Shown: positions 1 through 12,852, counted from the stretch's first letter. The stretch is DNA of 64,000 nucleotides from Methanocaldococcus sp. 16A (GCA_049860595.1 CP187551.1), one strand, 5' to 3'. Made by a program: numbers and translations. Notes: generated by a model not told the origin, from the sequence alone.

Positions 1-450
1 ATTGTAGAGATAGCTGAAGATTATGGAATAAAGATTGGTTTAGAGAATATGCCAAACTTTAGAGGATTATTGGGAATAACTCCAGAATCATTATTGGAGA
101 TTGTTAAAGACATTGACTCAAAGAATTTAGGGATAACATTTGATATTGGGCATGCAAACACTGTAGGAAATCCTGCTGAATTTGTTGAAAAACTGCAGAA
201 TATTGGAATGGGTATAATTCATGTCCATGCCCATGACAACAATGGCTATGATGATGAGCATTTAAAAATAGGGGAAGGAAATATCAACTTTATTGAAGTC
301 CTTGAAAAGCTAAAAGAGATTGGATATGATGGAATAATAAGTATAGAAAATAAGAATGTTAGAGATGCCGTAAAGAGTAAGGAAATGTTAAAAGAGTATT
401 TGGAAATTGTTAATGAAAAAATAGCCGAGAAGAAGAAAATAGAAGAATAA
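1..450 (+). CDS. TIM-barrel sugar phosphate isomerase/epimerase (AP endonuclease 2 family), 5' end outside the window
   Basis: Frame is open from base 1 (IVEIAEDYGIKIGLENMP); motifs LEN, TFDIGHA, HVHAHDN, H-LKIGEG and SIE are typical metal ligands of the family. Confidence 0.8.
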   Translation: MVEIAEDYGIKIGLENMPNFRGLLGITPESLLEIVKDIDSKNLGITFDIGHANTVGNPAEFVEKLQNIGMGIIHVHAHDNNGYDDEHLKIGEGNINFIEVLEKLKEIGYDGIISIENKNVRDAVKSKEMLKEYLEIVNEKIAEKKKIEE

Positions 451-460
451 CTTTATAACT

Positions 461-558
461 ATAGGACTTTCGCAGTTTATATTATTAAATGTTTGAACTT
501 TGACACCTTTAGGTGTCTATATTCATAAATAATATATTTATTTCTGCAAAAGTCCTAT
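461..558. repeat. Family-A palindromic MITE-like element (MJRE type)
   Basis: TIR ATAGGACTTTCGCAG...CTGCAAAAGTCCTAT with internal hairpin GACACCT-TT-AGGTGTC. Confidence 0.85.
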
Positions 559-591
559 AATTTTTATTTTTTATTTATTTTGGTGGTTTTA

Positions 592-1548
592 ATGTCTATA
601 GCATTTGGACCTGTTCCATCAAGGAGATTGGGAAAGAGTTTGGGAATAAATAATATTCCTTGTAAGTTTTGTAGTTATGATTGTATATACTGTCAAGTTG
701 GAAGAACTATAGACAAAACCATAGAGAGAAGAGCGTTTTATAATCCTGAAGATATTTTTAAATCAGTAAAAGAGAAGATAAATAAGTTATCTAATGAAAA
801 AATAGATTATCTTACTTTTGTTGCAGATGGAGAGCCTACATTAGATATAAATTTATCAAAAGATGTTGAAATGCTTAGAGATTTTGACATTCCAATAGCA
901 ATAATTACGAATTCTTCATTAATCTGGAAGGAAGATGTTAGAAATGACTTATTAAACTTTGATTTAGTATCATTTAAGATAGATTCTGCAGAAGAAAAAA
1001 TTTGGAAGGAGATAAATAGACCTCATGAAAATTTAAATCTAAATAAAATCTTAGAAGGCATTATATCTTTTAGAGACAACTATAAAGGAGAATTAATAAC
1101 TGAAACGATGATTTTAGGAAATATAAGATATACGGAGGAATCTATAATCAAAACAGCAGAATTTTTAAAAGAGTTAAATCCAGATAGATGCTATCTGAAT
1201 ATACCAATAAGACCTCCCTCTGAAAAATATATAAAACCTCCTAAAATAGAACTGATAAATAAAATATTAGCTATCTTTAATGAAATTGTTGGAATAGATA
1301 AGGTTGAACTCCTAGGGAAATTTGAAGGAAATGAATTTGTATTTTCTGAAAATGTTGAAGAGGATATATTAGCTATAACTTCAGTTCATCCTATGAGGGA
1401 GGAAGTTATTAAAGAGTTATTAAATAAAGCAAATATTAGCTTTGACATTATAGAAAAAATGGTAAATGAAGGAAAATTAATAAAATTAGAATACAATGGA
1501 GAAATATTTTATATGAAAAAGATTAAGAGTAGAAGAGTGCATGTCTAA
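592..1548 (+). CDS. Radical SAM protein (TYW1-like/COG0731-type), function unknown
   Basis: FGPVPSRRLGKSLGIN, CSYDCIYC (CxxxCxxC), GEPTL; GGTGGT RBS before ATG 592. Confidence 0.8.
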   Translation: MSIAFGPVPSRRLGKSLGINNIPCKFCSYDCIYCQVGRTIDKTIERRAFYNPEDIFKSVKEKINKLSNEKIDYLTFVADGEPTLDINLSKDVEMLRDFDIPIAIITNSSLIWKEDVRNDLLNFDLVSFKIDSAEEKIWKEINRPHENLNLNKILEGIISFRDNYKGELITETMILGNIRYTEESIIKTAEFLKELNPDRCYLNIPIRPPSEKYIKPPKIELINKILAIFNEIVGIDKVELLGKFEGNEFVFSENVEEDILAITSVHPMREEVIKELLNKANISFDIIEKMVNEGKLIKLEYNGEIFYMKKIKSRRVHV

Positions 1549-1611
1549 TGCATATTCGTAGATACTGATTTTTTATTTGTATCTAAAACTTGTTGATGCT
1601 CCAATTTTCAG

Positions 1612-2382
1612 CTATTCTACAGTTTCTTGAAGATATTTTAAAATCCCAACATGTTTACAATTTAATAATAGTAACATATACCTTAATAAAAACAACCTCA
1701 CTTTTCTATTTTCAGTATACAAATATGAGGTTATACATTTTCGATTCTTTTTTTGCTGTATTTTTAATATTGGTTTTATTTCCCCACATATCTCTTTTTC
1801 TTCTATTTTTACATCTCTTATATTACTAAATATATCGTATGTTTTAGTATTGTTATTTTCTAATACCTCCACGACTAATTTATACTCAAACTTCACTATA
1901 ACTTCTTCTTTAATACGCTCTTTAATAAATTTTAAATATCCATTTTCCCAAGTTTTATCCCTATAATCCTCTTCTTTAACATCATACAATATTTTAACCT
2001 CTTTGTTATTTAGTAATAAACAAAATAATTTTCTTAAAAAATTGTCTATAGGGGTTTTTCCATATAGTGATGTTTCCGGGGCAAAACCTATCATTATAGT
2101 ACCAAATTCTTTAGATTTAATAACTATTGTTGAATGGAAAGTAATATCTTCCAATAAGCATTTAGCACTATCAAAGACTTTTTTTGGTAGTTTATATCCT
2201 ACATCATCTATATCCTCTATATTTGCTTCAATTTTTTTATCTAAAAATTCAAATACAATTTTGTCTTTATATAATATTATTTCTAATTTTTCCCATCTCA
2301 ATAATGGTTTCTCCATAGTTTTTGGAGTAATCAATACCCCTTTACCAGAAAATCTTGCTATTTCTTGGGATTCATTTATCAT
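1612..2382 (-). CDS. CheF-family (archaeal taxis adaptor-like) protein
   Basis: N-terminal ARFSGKG...W...[10 protein letters not shown] pattern and ~256-aa size resemble CheF; recognised by recall only. Confidence 0.5.
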   Translation of the reverse strand: MINESQEIARFSGKGVLITPKTMEKPLLRWEKLEIILYKDKIVFEFLDKKIEANIEDIDDVGYKLPKKVFDSAKCLLEDITFHSTIVIKSKEFGTIMIGFAPETSLYGKTPIDNFLRKLFCLLLNNKEVKILYDVKEEDYRDKTWENGYLKFIKERIKEEVIVKFEYKLVVEVLENNNTKTYDIFSNIRDVKIEEKEICGEIKPILKIQQKKNRKCITSYLYTENRKVRLFLLRYMLLLLNCKHVGILKYLQETVE

Positions 2383-2657
2383 ATAACCACCTAACACTTA
2401 AATTAAATAAATTACAGTTCTATTATTAATAATCCATCTGAATGCTAAAAGTATAAACATTCCTTAGTAAATATTCCAATTTATGTAAAATCCTATACCG
2501 TAATTACTTTATATCATCCGGTAGTTATATAGTTAATCTACGAATCGATACTGAATTTTATAGCACTATCTTAATAACTCACTCCTAATGTCATAAAGTC
2601 ATCACCTAATAAAAGTATAAATACCCCTCTTCTAAATATAGTTAAAAAGGTTACTAA

Positions 2658-4154
<1,497 letters not shown>

Positions 4155-4188
4155 TTGAAATCCTATAATTTTATTTTTTAAAAAAGGG

Positions 4189-4473
4189 ATGATTATGAAG
4201 CCAACATTAATATTTTTAGGGATTATTTTAATGTTTATTGGATTTTTTATGATAACTTTAGGAATGATTTTGCCAAGCTCTCAAGAAGATTATAAAAAGG
4301 TAAAAACAGAAAAAACTGAAGAAAGTAATGTGGAATATTCTGGGATTATAATGATAGGCCCAATACCAATAGTGTTTGGAAATTCCCCAGGTTTAATGAT
4401 GCTTTCCGTGTTAATACTAATACTAATGATTATTTGGATGTTTTTATTTGCTTTCGGAATAAGAATAAAATAA
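4189..4473 (+). CDS. Small membrane protein (DUF131/TIGR00304-like)
   Basis: Two hydrophobic segments and GIIMIGPIPIVFG motif. Confidence 0.75.
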   Translation: MIMKPTLIFLGIILMFIGFFMITLGMILPSSQEDYKKVKTEKTEESNVEYSGIIMIGPIPIVFGNSPGLMMLSVLILILMIIWMFLFAFGIRIK

Positions 4474-4518
4474 ATAAAAATTATTTTTCATATTATATTA
4501 TTCCTACGAAAGTCCTAA

Positions 4519-5244
<726 letters not shown>

Positions 5245-5258
5245 TTACTTTAAATATT

Positions 5259-5332
5259 ATAGGACTTTCGCAGTTTATATCTATTCATGGAAATTAGATG
5301 CCTTAAAACATTTATTCCTGCGAAAGTCCTAT
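5259..5332. repeat. Family-A palindromic element (short variant)
   Basis: Perfect TIR ATAGGACTTTCGCAG / CTGCGAAAGTCCTAT. Confidence 0.85.
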
Positions 5333-5416
5333 ATTCCTCTACATAATATTTTCTGTTAGTTAGAGTATTTATGAATTGTTATCTCTAAAAAACTCTTCTA
5401 ACAAATACGTGAGAAA

Positions 5417-6919
5417 ATGAAAGCATTAATTATTGATTGTTTAGCATCTGGTGATGGGAAAAGAACTTTAACGAGAGACGTTATTGGAGCTGGACCGAGA
5501 ACAGTTAAAGGTATTTTGCAAAACGAAGGAATTGAAGCAAAGATAACCCCTGTAGAGGATTTGGATATTAAAGATGCTAAAAAATATGACCTAATTTTTG
5601 TTAGTGCAATGACTTCTGACTTTAAATGTGTTAAAAAGTTAGTTGAAAGAATTAGATTAAAAACTAACAGTAAAATAATTGTTGGAGGGCCTATAGCTAA
5701 TGATTTATATCTTTTACAAAAAATAGAGGCAGATATAAGCATAGTTGGAGAAGGAGAGTTAACAATAAGAGAATTAATAAAAAAGGATTTTGATGCTGAA
5801 GATGTTAAAGGAACAACATATTGGGATTACAATGAGGATGAATTAAAAATAAACCCTCTAAGAGAAATTCTAACTGATTTAAAATTAATAACACCATCAA
5901 CTGAAATTAAAGATTATAAAAATTACTTCTCTGCAAGAGTTTATGTTGAAGTTGTTAGAGGTTGTAGTAATTTTAAAAGACCCTTATTATTATGCACTAA
6001 CAAAAAATGTAACTTATGTGAAAATGGAACATTAAAATGCCCTTTAAATATAAATCCTGGTTGTGGTTTCTGCTCTGTCCCTTCAGTATTTGGATATGCA
6101 AGAAGTAGGGATGAAGAAGATATATTAAAAGAAGTTGAGGAATTATTGGAAGAGGGTGTTAAGAGGATAGTTCTCTCCGCCCCAGATTTTTTAGATTATA
6201 AAAGAGGAAATAAATTGATAAATCCTCACTTCCCAGAACCAAATTATGAAGCAATTGAATCTTTATTATCAAATTGCAAAGATTTAGCCGATAAATATAA
6301 TGCAAATATTTTAATTGAAAATATAAAGGCTAATTTGTTTAATGAAAAAGTGGCAGAAATATTTAGTAAATATCTAAAAACTCCAATATACATTGGCTGT
6401 GAGAGTGGTGATAGAGAGCACTGCAGATTATTGGGAAGACCTACAACACCAAATGATGTTTTAAAAGCAGTTAAAATAGCAAAAAAATATAATTTAAAGG
6501 CTCAAGTTTATTTTATATATGGATTACCAGGAGAAAATGAAGAAGCTGCAAAAAATACAATAGATTTTATGCGCAAAATTAAAAATTATATTGATAAAAT
6601 AACTGTTTATAAATTTAGACCTCTACCTATGTCTGCATTTCAAAATTTTAAACCAAATATTACAAAATATTCCCTACTAATTAGAGAAACAGCCAACAAA
6701 ATAAATTTAGAGATAAAGAGAAAATATATTGGAAAAACTTTAAAGGTTATAGTATCAGAGAGACACTTTAGAAATAAAAGAGATGCTATTGGCTATCTTC
6801 CAGATAGTGGATTGATGGTTGTTGTTAAAGATGGAGCTAAATTTATTGGAAAAACTAAGAAAGTTAAAATAACTAAAGCTTATGAAAAGTATTTAGAAGG
6901 AAAATTATGGAGGGATTAA
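5417..6919 (+). CDS. B12-binding-like / radical SAM / TRAM-like protein with split cysteine motif
   Basis: N-terminal IIVGGP...VGEGE, VEVVRGC-x32-CGFC, IGCESG, YFIYGLPGE, C-terminal beta-rich TRAM-like segment. Confidence 0.8.
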   Translation: MKALIIDCLASGDGKRTLTRDVIGAGPRTVKGILQNEGIEAKITPVEDLDIKDAKKYDLIFVSAMTSDFKCVKKLVERIRLKTNSKIIVGGPIANDLYLLQKIEADISIVGEGELTIRELIKKDFDAEDVKGTTYWDYNEDELKINPLREILTDLKLITPSTEIKDYKNYFSARVYVEVVRGCSNFKRPLLLCTNKKCNLCENGTLKCPLNINPGCGFCSVPSVFGYARSRDEEDILKEVEELLEEGVKRIVLSAPDFLDYKRGNKLINPHFPEPNYEAIESLLSNCKDLADKYNANILIENIKANLFNEKVAEIFSKYLKTPIYIGCESGDREHCRLLGRPTTPNDVLKAVKIAKKYNLKAQVYFIYGLPGENEEAAKNTIDFMRKIKNYIDKITVYKFRPLPMSAFQNFKPNITKYSLLIRETANKINLEIKRKYIGKTLKVIVSERHFRNKRDAIGYLPDSGLMVVVKDGAKFIGKTKKVKITKAYEKYLEGKLWRD

Positions 6920-6920
6920 T

Positions 6921-7547
6921 TTGCTTCCTGTTTTGTTATCTTTTGATAGAAAAAAAGTAGCAATATTTGGTTGTGGTAGTGTAGGAAAGAGAAGGGCTAA
7001 GAAAATATTAAAAAATGGTGGAATTGTTGATATCTATTCTAAAGAATTTGATGATGAGATGAAAAAATTAAAAGAAAATAACAAAAACCTAAATCTAATT
7101 AAAACTGATATTAACCAATTGAGTGATGAAGAGCTAAAAAATATTATAATGAAGTATGATTTTATAGTAGCAGCTATCAATGAGGAAATTAACAAAAGAA
7201 TCGTTAAATTATCAAGGGATTTAAATAAGTTTGTAAATTCTTCAACAAAGGTAGAAGGCGTTAATTTTATTATTCCTGCCTATACCGAGGTTGATGAAGT
7301 AATATTTAGCATATACACAAAAGGAAAAAGCCCCTTAATAGCTAAGCATATAAGAATTTTTGTAGAAAACTATCTAAAATCAACTGACATAAATATGATA
7401 GCATATATGAGAGAGTATTTAAAAGAGACATATCCAAAACAGAAAGATAGAGAAAAAATATTAAAAAAGATTTTTGAAAACGAAAAATTTAGAGAAGAAC
7501 TAAAAAGATTAATAGAGAAGTGGGAAAATGATAATACTAAAAGCTGA
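6921..7547 (+). CDS. sirC: Precorrin-2 dehydrogenase (SirC/CysG N-terminal type)
   Basis: LPV start, GCGSVGKRR Rossmann motif, T.GKSPLIA; precedes hemA. Confidence 0.85.
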   Translation: MLPVLLSFDRKKVAIFGCGSVGKRRAKKILKNGGIVDIYSKEFDDEMKKLKENNKNLNLIKTDINQLSDEELKNIIMKYDFIVAAINEEINKRIVKLSRDLNKFVNSSTKVEGVNFIIPAYTEVDEVIFSIYTKGKSPLIAKHIRIFVENYLKSTDINMIAYMREYLKETYPKQKDREKILKKIFENEKFREELKRLIEKWENDNTKS

Positions 7548-8706
7548 TTATAAGAAATACAGCGTCTCTGAATTAGAAAAGCTTAGAATGGATGAAGAAA
7601 AATTTTATGAGATGTTTGATAATGCCATATTATTACAAACATGCAATAGGGTAGAGATTATATTTGATGCAAATAGCTTAGAAGAGATTAAAAACATCAA
7701 CTACATAGATTTAGATAAATTTGATATTCTATATGGAGATGAGGCTATTGAACATCTTTTTAGAGTTGCATGTGGTTTAGAGTCAATGATTGTTGGAGAA
7801 AACCAAATACTCGGGCAGTTGAAAAATGCTTATCTAAAAGCAAAAGAGAAAGGAAAAATTTCTAAGAAATTGGAAAAGATTATTTTAAAGGCAATTCATA
7901 CTGGACAGAGAGCGAGAGTAGAGACAAAGATAAATGAAGGAGGAGTTTCAATAGGTAGTGCGGCAGTTGAATTAGCAGAGAAGATTTTTGGATTAGAAGG
8001 GAAAAATGTCTTATTAATTGGAGCTGGAGAGATGGCAAATTTAGTTATAAAAGCGTTGAAGGAAAAAAACATTAAAGCTATTATTGTAGCAAATAGAACT
8101 TATGAAAAAGCTGAAAAATTAGCTAAAGAACTTGGTGGAATGGCTATAAAGTTTGACAAATTGGAAGAAGCTTTGAGGTATGCAGATGTAGTTATCTCAG
8201 CTACTGGAGCCCCACATCCGATTTTAAATAAGGAGAGATTAAAAAACGCTGGAAAGACAGTTATTATAGATATAGCCAACCCAAGAGATACAACCGACGA
8301 TATTAGAGAATTACCTGATGTTTTTTTATTCACTATTGATGATTTGAAGTTGGTTGCTGAAGAGAATTTAAAGAAAAGAAAAGAAGAAATTCCAAAGGTT
8401 GAGATGATTATTTGTGAGGAATTGGAGCAGTTAAAAGAGCTTCTTGATAAAATGAAATTTGAAACAGCAATAAAAGAACTTGGGCTGTATATTGAGAATG
8501 TTAGAAAGAAAGAATTTGAAAAAGCGAAAAAGATATTAAAGAATAAAAATAAGCCGATTGAGGAAGTTTTAGAAGATTTTTCAAAGGCTTTGTGTAAAAG
8601 GATAATTTACGATATAATAAAAATATTTGAAAATGTGGAAGATAAAGAGGTTTTTGAGTGTTTAGCAGAAGAGTTTAAAAAACTTGGAAATAAAAACAAA
8701 AATTAA
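7528..8706 (+). CDS. hemA: Glutamyl-tRNA reductase
   Basis: LQTCNRVE, GLESMIVGENQILGQ, IGAGEMA, ANRT, DIANPRD. Confidence 0.97.
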   Translation: MIILKADYKKYSVSELEKLRMDEEKFYEMFDNAILLQTCNRVEIIFDANSLEEIKNINYIDLDKFDILYGDEAIEHLFRVACGLESMIVGENQILGQLKNAYLKAKEKGKISKKLEKIILKAIHTGQRARVETKINEGGVSIGSAAVELAEKIFGLEGKNVLLIGAGEMANLVIKALKEKNIKAIIVANRTYEKAEKLAKELGGMAIKFDKLEEALRYADVVISATGAPHPILNKERLKNAGKTVIIDIANPRDTTDDIRELPDVFLFTIDDLKLVAEENLKKRKEEIPKVEMIICEELEQLKELLDKMKFETAIKELGLYIENVRKKEFEKAKKILKNKNKPIEEVLEDFSKALCKRIIYDIIKIFENVEDKEVFECLAEEFKKLGNKNKN

Positions 8707-8779
8707 ATAGGATTTCGCAGTTTGAATATTACTTTTGAGCTTAAATGCTATTAAAAATTTATTCCTGCGAAAGTCTTAT
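8707..8779. repeat. Family-A palindromic element between convergent genes
   Basis: ATAGGA-TTTCGCAG...CTGCGAAAGTCTTAT. Confidence 0.8.
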
Positions 8780-8785
8780 TAAATA

Positions 8786-9556
8786 TTATTCTTTATTTAG
8801 CTCTTTTATCCACTCAACATTCCCCTTTAAAACAGTCCTTGCAACAGACACAAAATCAGAGTATTTTAACATTTCTTTAGCTTTTTCTATAGAATCAATT
8901 GAGTTATTTCCAATTATTATTTTATCACTAAATTCTTCTGCCAAGATTTTTAATGAATCCAAATCTGCATAAGGTTTTCCTGGATAAAAACAATCAACAT
9001 GCAATCCATCAAAATAATCTCTCACATAGTTTAAATTATCAATTAACTCTTTTAGTGGGATGTGATTTAATCTTATCTTTAAAAAAATAGGTTTATTTAA
9101 CTCTTTCATTCTATTTAAAAATTCTTCTAAGAGCTTTTTATTTCTCATTAACTCTTGTCCAATGCCCAATGAAGTTATTTCTTTCTGCCTACAATGGCAG
9201 TTAAGTTCTATAATATCAGCATATTTAGAAATAGTTAATAATTTATCATAAGCTTCATCTATATCAACAAATCTAACATTAACTGAAACTAAAGCATTGC
9301 TTTCTCTTGATTTTTTTATTTGCTCAATTATATAGCTATTAAATTCTTCCAAATTTATAGAAAATTCCTTTCTTCCTCTTTTCTCTATGTCTTTACTTGC
9401 TTTATATGTTGCAGTATCTAAGTTGTAGCCACCAATGGTAACAATGGCAAACAAATCAATAAATTTTTTACAGAAATCCCCATCAGTAATGCCTGCCATT
9501 GGAGCTAAGACAATTTTTTTATTCAACTCATTTAATTTTTCTATTTTTTTGTTCAT
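8786..9556 (-). CDS. Dihydrouridine synthase-like FMN TIM-barrel protein (MJ0144 type)
   Basis: LAPMAGITD, ELNCHCRQ, IIGNNSI, SVAR; start at 9556 after an AGGTGA RBS. Confidence 0.8.
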   Translation of the reverse strand: MNKKIEKLNELNKKIVLAPMAGITDGDFCKKFIDLFAIVTIGGYNLDTATYKASKDIEKRGRKEFSINLEEFNSYIIEQIKKSRESNALVSVNVRFVDIDEAYDKLLTISKYADIIELNCHCRQKEITSLGIGQELMRNKKLLEEFLNRMKELNKPIFLKIRLNHIPLKELIDNLNYVRDYFDGLHVDCFYPGKPYADLDSLKILAEEFSDKIIIGNNSIDSIEKAKEMLKYSDFVSVARTVLKGNVEWIKELNKE

Positions 9557-9564
9557 CTCTGCAA

Positions 9565-10371
9565 TCACCTTTGTAATCCACATAATCTTCCAGTTGTTAT
9601 ATTTTGCTCTAAGAAATCGTCCTGCTTTAAAGTGCATACATTTTTATTAACTATCTTTTTTCTAATTTTCTCTAATCCCTCATCAGCCAAGTTTGAGGCA
9701 TCTTCTGCAGTCCTTCCAACTCCAATTCCAGCTTTTAACTCTATATTATACTTTTTATTGATTCTGTTGAAAATATCCAAGAAATCTTCCTCACTCATTC
9801 CATTTGATGGAGCCATGAAGTTATCTCCTCCTATGAAAAACAACAAAGCGTTATGTTTTAAAAGCTCCTCCATCAATGCTAATTTAACCTTATTTACATT
9901 TATATAGGTGTCATAGGCACTCACAATATCTGTAAGAGTTCCCGTAATGTTGTTTATATCAATGTGAGCAATTTGGACATAGCCATCAACAACTAACTCA
10001 TTGGCAACATCTAAAACCTCTTTTCTATTTTCATCTTGAGCACTTCCATGCTCTTGTAGTGTTTTTGTAGCAAGTTTTTGAGCTTCATAAGGTGTTTCAG
10101 CTGAAGCAATAGCCATACTAACTGTAAATGGATATCTGTTTCTTATGCTCTCTTGGATTCTTTTGTGTGTAATTAAATCAATACCATTTGTTATAGCTAT
10201 TAAATTATCAAATCTTGTATAGAACACCAATCCCTTATGAGCTCCAAACATGAGATTTAAATCAGCATATAATCTGCTCTGCAGAGCTTGTAAATCACTC
10301 TCTCTTCTTGGATTTGGAGTAACTGTCCAAGGTCCGTAATTATCTATCTGAATTACCGTTATTTGAATCAT
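9565..10371 (-). CDS. arfA: GTP cyclohydrolase III
   Basis: [37 protein letters not shown]. Confidence 0.92.
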   Translation of the reverse strand: MIQITVIQIDNYGPWTVTPNPRRESDLQALQSRLYADLNLMFGAHKGLVFYTRFDNLIAITNGIDLITHKRIQESIRNRYPFTVSMAIASAETPYEAQKLATKTLQEHGSAQDENRKEVLDVANELVVDGYVQIAHIDINNITGTLTDIVSAYDTYINVNKVKLALMEELLKHNALLFFIGGDNFMAPSNGMSEEDFLDIFNRINKKYNIELKAGIGVGRTAEDASNLADEGLEKIRKKIVNKNVCTLKQDDFLEQNITTGRLCGLQR

Positions 10372-10523
10372 CCTCTCATCTCTTCAAATACTTTATATAA
10401 ATGTTTAATAGTTTTGCACAAAACTATAACTTCCTATTAAATGTAGTTTTTAATTTTATTAATTTTATTATTCATTAATTATTATTCATTAAAAAATTTA
10501 TGAGTAGTATTTAAAAAAATTAA

Positions 10524-10724
10524 TTACTCTTCTATTGAGATTGCCTGGTCTGGACATTGTAATATACAGAGATTGCACTTTGTGCATTTTTCAGCATTTA
10601 CTGGGATTGGTGGATAGATACCTTTTTTATTCAACTTTTTTGATTTTTCAAATACTCCTCTTGGGCATACTACAATACATATATCACATCCTTTACAGAA
10701 ATTTTCATTTATTTCTATCTTCAT
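10524..10724 (-). CDS. 2x[4Fe-4S] ferredoxin (oxoacid:ferredoxin oxidoreductase delta-like)
   Basis: CKGCDICIVVCP and CTKCNLCILQCP. Confidence 0.9.
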   Translation of the reverse strand: MKIEINENFCKGCDICIVVCPRGVFEKSKKLNKKGIYPPIPVNAEKCTKCNLCILQCPDQAISIEE

Positions 10725-10750
10725 TATTATCCCTCTATACCATTTTTGAT

Positions 10751-10838
10751 ATTAGGACTTTCGCAGGGATAAATATTAAAAGGCATATTTGATGCTTACG
10801 GCATCATATTTTCATTACTCAATATATAAAGTCCTAAT
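10751..10838. repeat. Family-A palindromic element
   Basis: ATTAGGACTTTCGCAG...AAAGTCCTAAT, internal GATGC-TTACG-GCATC hairpin. Confidence 0.75.
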
Positions 10839-10841
10839 ATA

Positions 10842-11066
10842 TTACAGCACTTTTTTATAGCATTCCAGATTAAAAATGATTGTGGTTTTAAAATTCCTTC
10901 AATTGGATTTAAGAATAGAATATTATTTTTAATTAAAAATTCTTTTTATATCTTCGTCTATGTGGTATTCATCAATTATGTAATCATCTTTAAATAATTT
11001 TAATGCTTCAACAATTTTTTCATAATCAATATCAGCTATCAAAAATCTTATTCTACAAGAAGTCAT
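10842..11066 (-). pseudogene. 3' remnant of a Methanocaldococcus archaeal-ATPase family gene
   Basis: Manual translation across two A-run frameshifts gives ...YEKIVEALKLFKDDY...[36 protein letters not shown], the recognisable C-terminus of that paralog family. Confidence 0.7.
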
Positions 11067-11431
11067 TCCATTAATTCTGTATCCTCATGAGAGTATGGTG
11101 GGAAACTGCAACATAATATCTTTAAAGGAACATCTCCAATATTTTCAATCTTATGGGGAGTTTTGGGAGGAATGCATATAGCATCTCCTTTTTTTACTTC
11201 AAATTTTTCATCACCTAATGTCATTAATCCTTTACCTTCCAAAATGTAATATATCTCCTCAGATTTATGATGTTTATGCAGTAATGTTTTAGAACCTACT
11301 GGAACTATAGCCTCTGCTAAACTTTGTTTTACATTCCCGTGAGCATTTGGATGCATTAATTCACGAATTATTGAGCCATCTTTAGTAACGTATGGTTTAA
11401 TTTTGTCGTATTCACTTTTTATAATTTTCAT
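11063..11431 (-). CDS. Cupin domain protein
   Basis: YVTKDGSIIREL, LHKHHKSEEIYYILEG, IPPKTPHKIEN. Confidence 0.9.
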   Translation of the reverse strand: MKIIKSEYDKIKPYVTKDGSIIRELMHPNAHGNVKQSLAEAIVPVGSKTLLHKHHKSEEIYYILEGKGLMTLGDEKFEVKKGDAICIPPKTPHKIENIGDVPLKILCCSFPPYSHEDTELME

Positions 11432-11688
11432 AGTTATCATCCCAATTTTCATTAAACGAGCATAATGTATAACTCTTATATTTATTAAGAATATTTAATG
11501 TTTAATAGAAACTTATATAAGTTTTAATATTATAAAATTTTATATTTAAATATATAAATTATAAATAAAATAAAAAATAATAATATTGATTATGAAGAGA
11601 TTACGAGAAAATCCAACATACTACAGATTAAACAATTTAATAAAATTATGCGAGACTACGAGTATATACATATTTATTTACCAAAAAA

Positions 11689-12849
11689 TTATTTTTCCCC
11701 TCCTCCATGCTTACTTTTTCTTGGTCTTATTTTTATGATTTTTAGAAATTCTTTTTCATCATCTATAAAGACACATTCTCCTTTATTTAAATCTTTAATA
11801 TACACTTTTAATTCTTTTCCCATATATTCCTGGTTGAGTTTGTTTAATGCATTTATATCTTCTCTATTTGTTACTTTATGTGCAAAAATAATATCACATT
11901 GACTTAAAACCTCATTGTCAATTGCTGAGGGTTGTTGAGTAGCTATAACTAAATTTAATCCTGGCTGTCTTCCTTCCTTTGCCCATCTTATTAATATTTC
12001 TTTTGACAATGTTGATTTTCCAGAAGGAATGAAATTGTGTGCCTCATCAATAAACATCCAAACTTTCGGCATTTTTGATGGTAAATTTAACATTTCCTTT
12101 TTTCTTGATTTCAATCGTTGATTAAATAGATACTTTGCAATTATTGATACAATTAAATCTCTCAATCCGTATCTTCCACTTTCAATAACACTCAAATCAA
12201 TAACATTTATTGCGTTTCTTTCAAAAATTTCTTCTATTGGTATATATTCATCTGAAAAAATACCCCATTTTTTTGCCATATTTAGACGGTTAATTAATGC
12301 TTCTTTTGTGGTTTCTTTTGATTTTGTATCCCTTTCTACTTCATAAATGATATCATCAATTGTAAAAAAATCTTTTTTAATATTATCAATTGCTCTATAT
12401 AATGCGATTCCCATCATTTCATTTATATTCAAATTAAATAGATCACACCATCCTTCTGCTGAAATATCTGATGGATTTAACAAAAGTTTTTTGAATTCTA
12501 CTCCTCTATTTTTCATTTCTCTTATAACATCTTCATCAAATCTTTTGTCTATTTCTCCAGGAACTATCAATTTTACAGGATATCTTTCTGGATATAAATC
12601 CCAATCCCAAAGGTTTTCTTCTTGTTCTTCATTAGGCTCTACCATAGTCCAAAATATCCCCATCGGATCAATTATAATCTTTAAATAATCTGGATGTTTT
12701 TCTTGAATTTCTTCAACTAAAACTCCCAATGTATAGCTTTTTCCACTACCTCTTTTACCACAAATAAAAATTGCATGAGATTTTGAAGCATCTATATAAA
12801 CATCTTCTCCTAACATATCTTTTAGTTTTTCTCTTCCAATAAATAACAT
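11689..12849 (-). CDS. HerA/FtsK-superfamily (DUF87-like) ATPase
   Basis: Walker A GKRGSGKS, IIDPMG, Walker B FIDEAH, KEGRQPG, ATQQPS. Confidence 0.88.
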   Translation of the reverse strand: MLFIGREKLKDMLGEDVYIDASKSHAIFICGKRGSGKSYTLGVLVEEIQEKHPDYLKIIIDPMGIFWTMVEPNEEQEENLWDWDLYPERYPVKLIVPGEIDKRFDEDVIREMKNRGVEFKKLLLNPSDISAEGWCDLFNLNINEMMGIALYRAIDNIKKDFFTIDDIIYEVERDTKSKETTKEALINRLNMAKKWGIFSDEYIPIEEIFERNAINVIDLSVIESGRYGLRDLIVSIIAKYLFNQRLKSRKKEMLNLPSKMPKVWMFIDEAHNFIPSGKSTLSKEILIRWAKEGRQPGLNLVIATQQPSAIDNEVLSQCDIIFAHKVTNREDINALNKLNQEYMGKELKVYIKDLNKGECVFIDDEKEFLKIIKIRPRKSKHGGGEK

Positions 12850-12852
12850 AAT

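Noticed and set aside
1541-1596. Possible PIN/VapC N-terminal remnant (…FVDTDFLF…)
   Set aside because: Only about 10 codons with a frameshift; too short to support
9565-10371. GTP cyclohydrolase III as precursor supplier for the nearby TGT-like system
   Set aside because: This enzyme feeds riboflavin/F420 synthesis; preQ0 derives from type I cyclohydrolase chemistry, and the gene lies outside the operon
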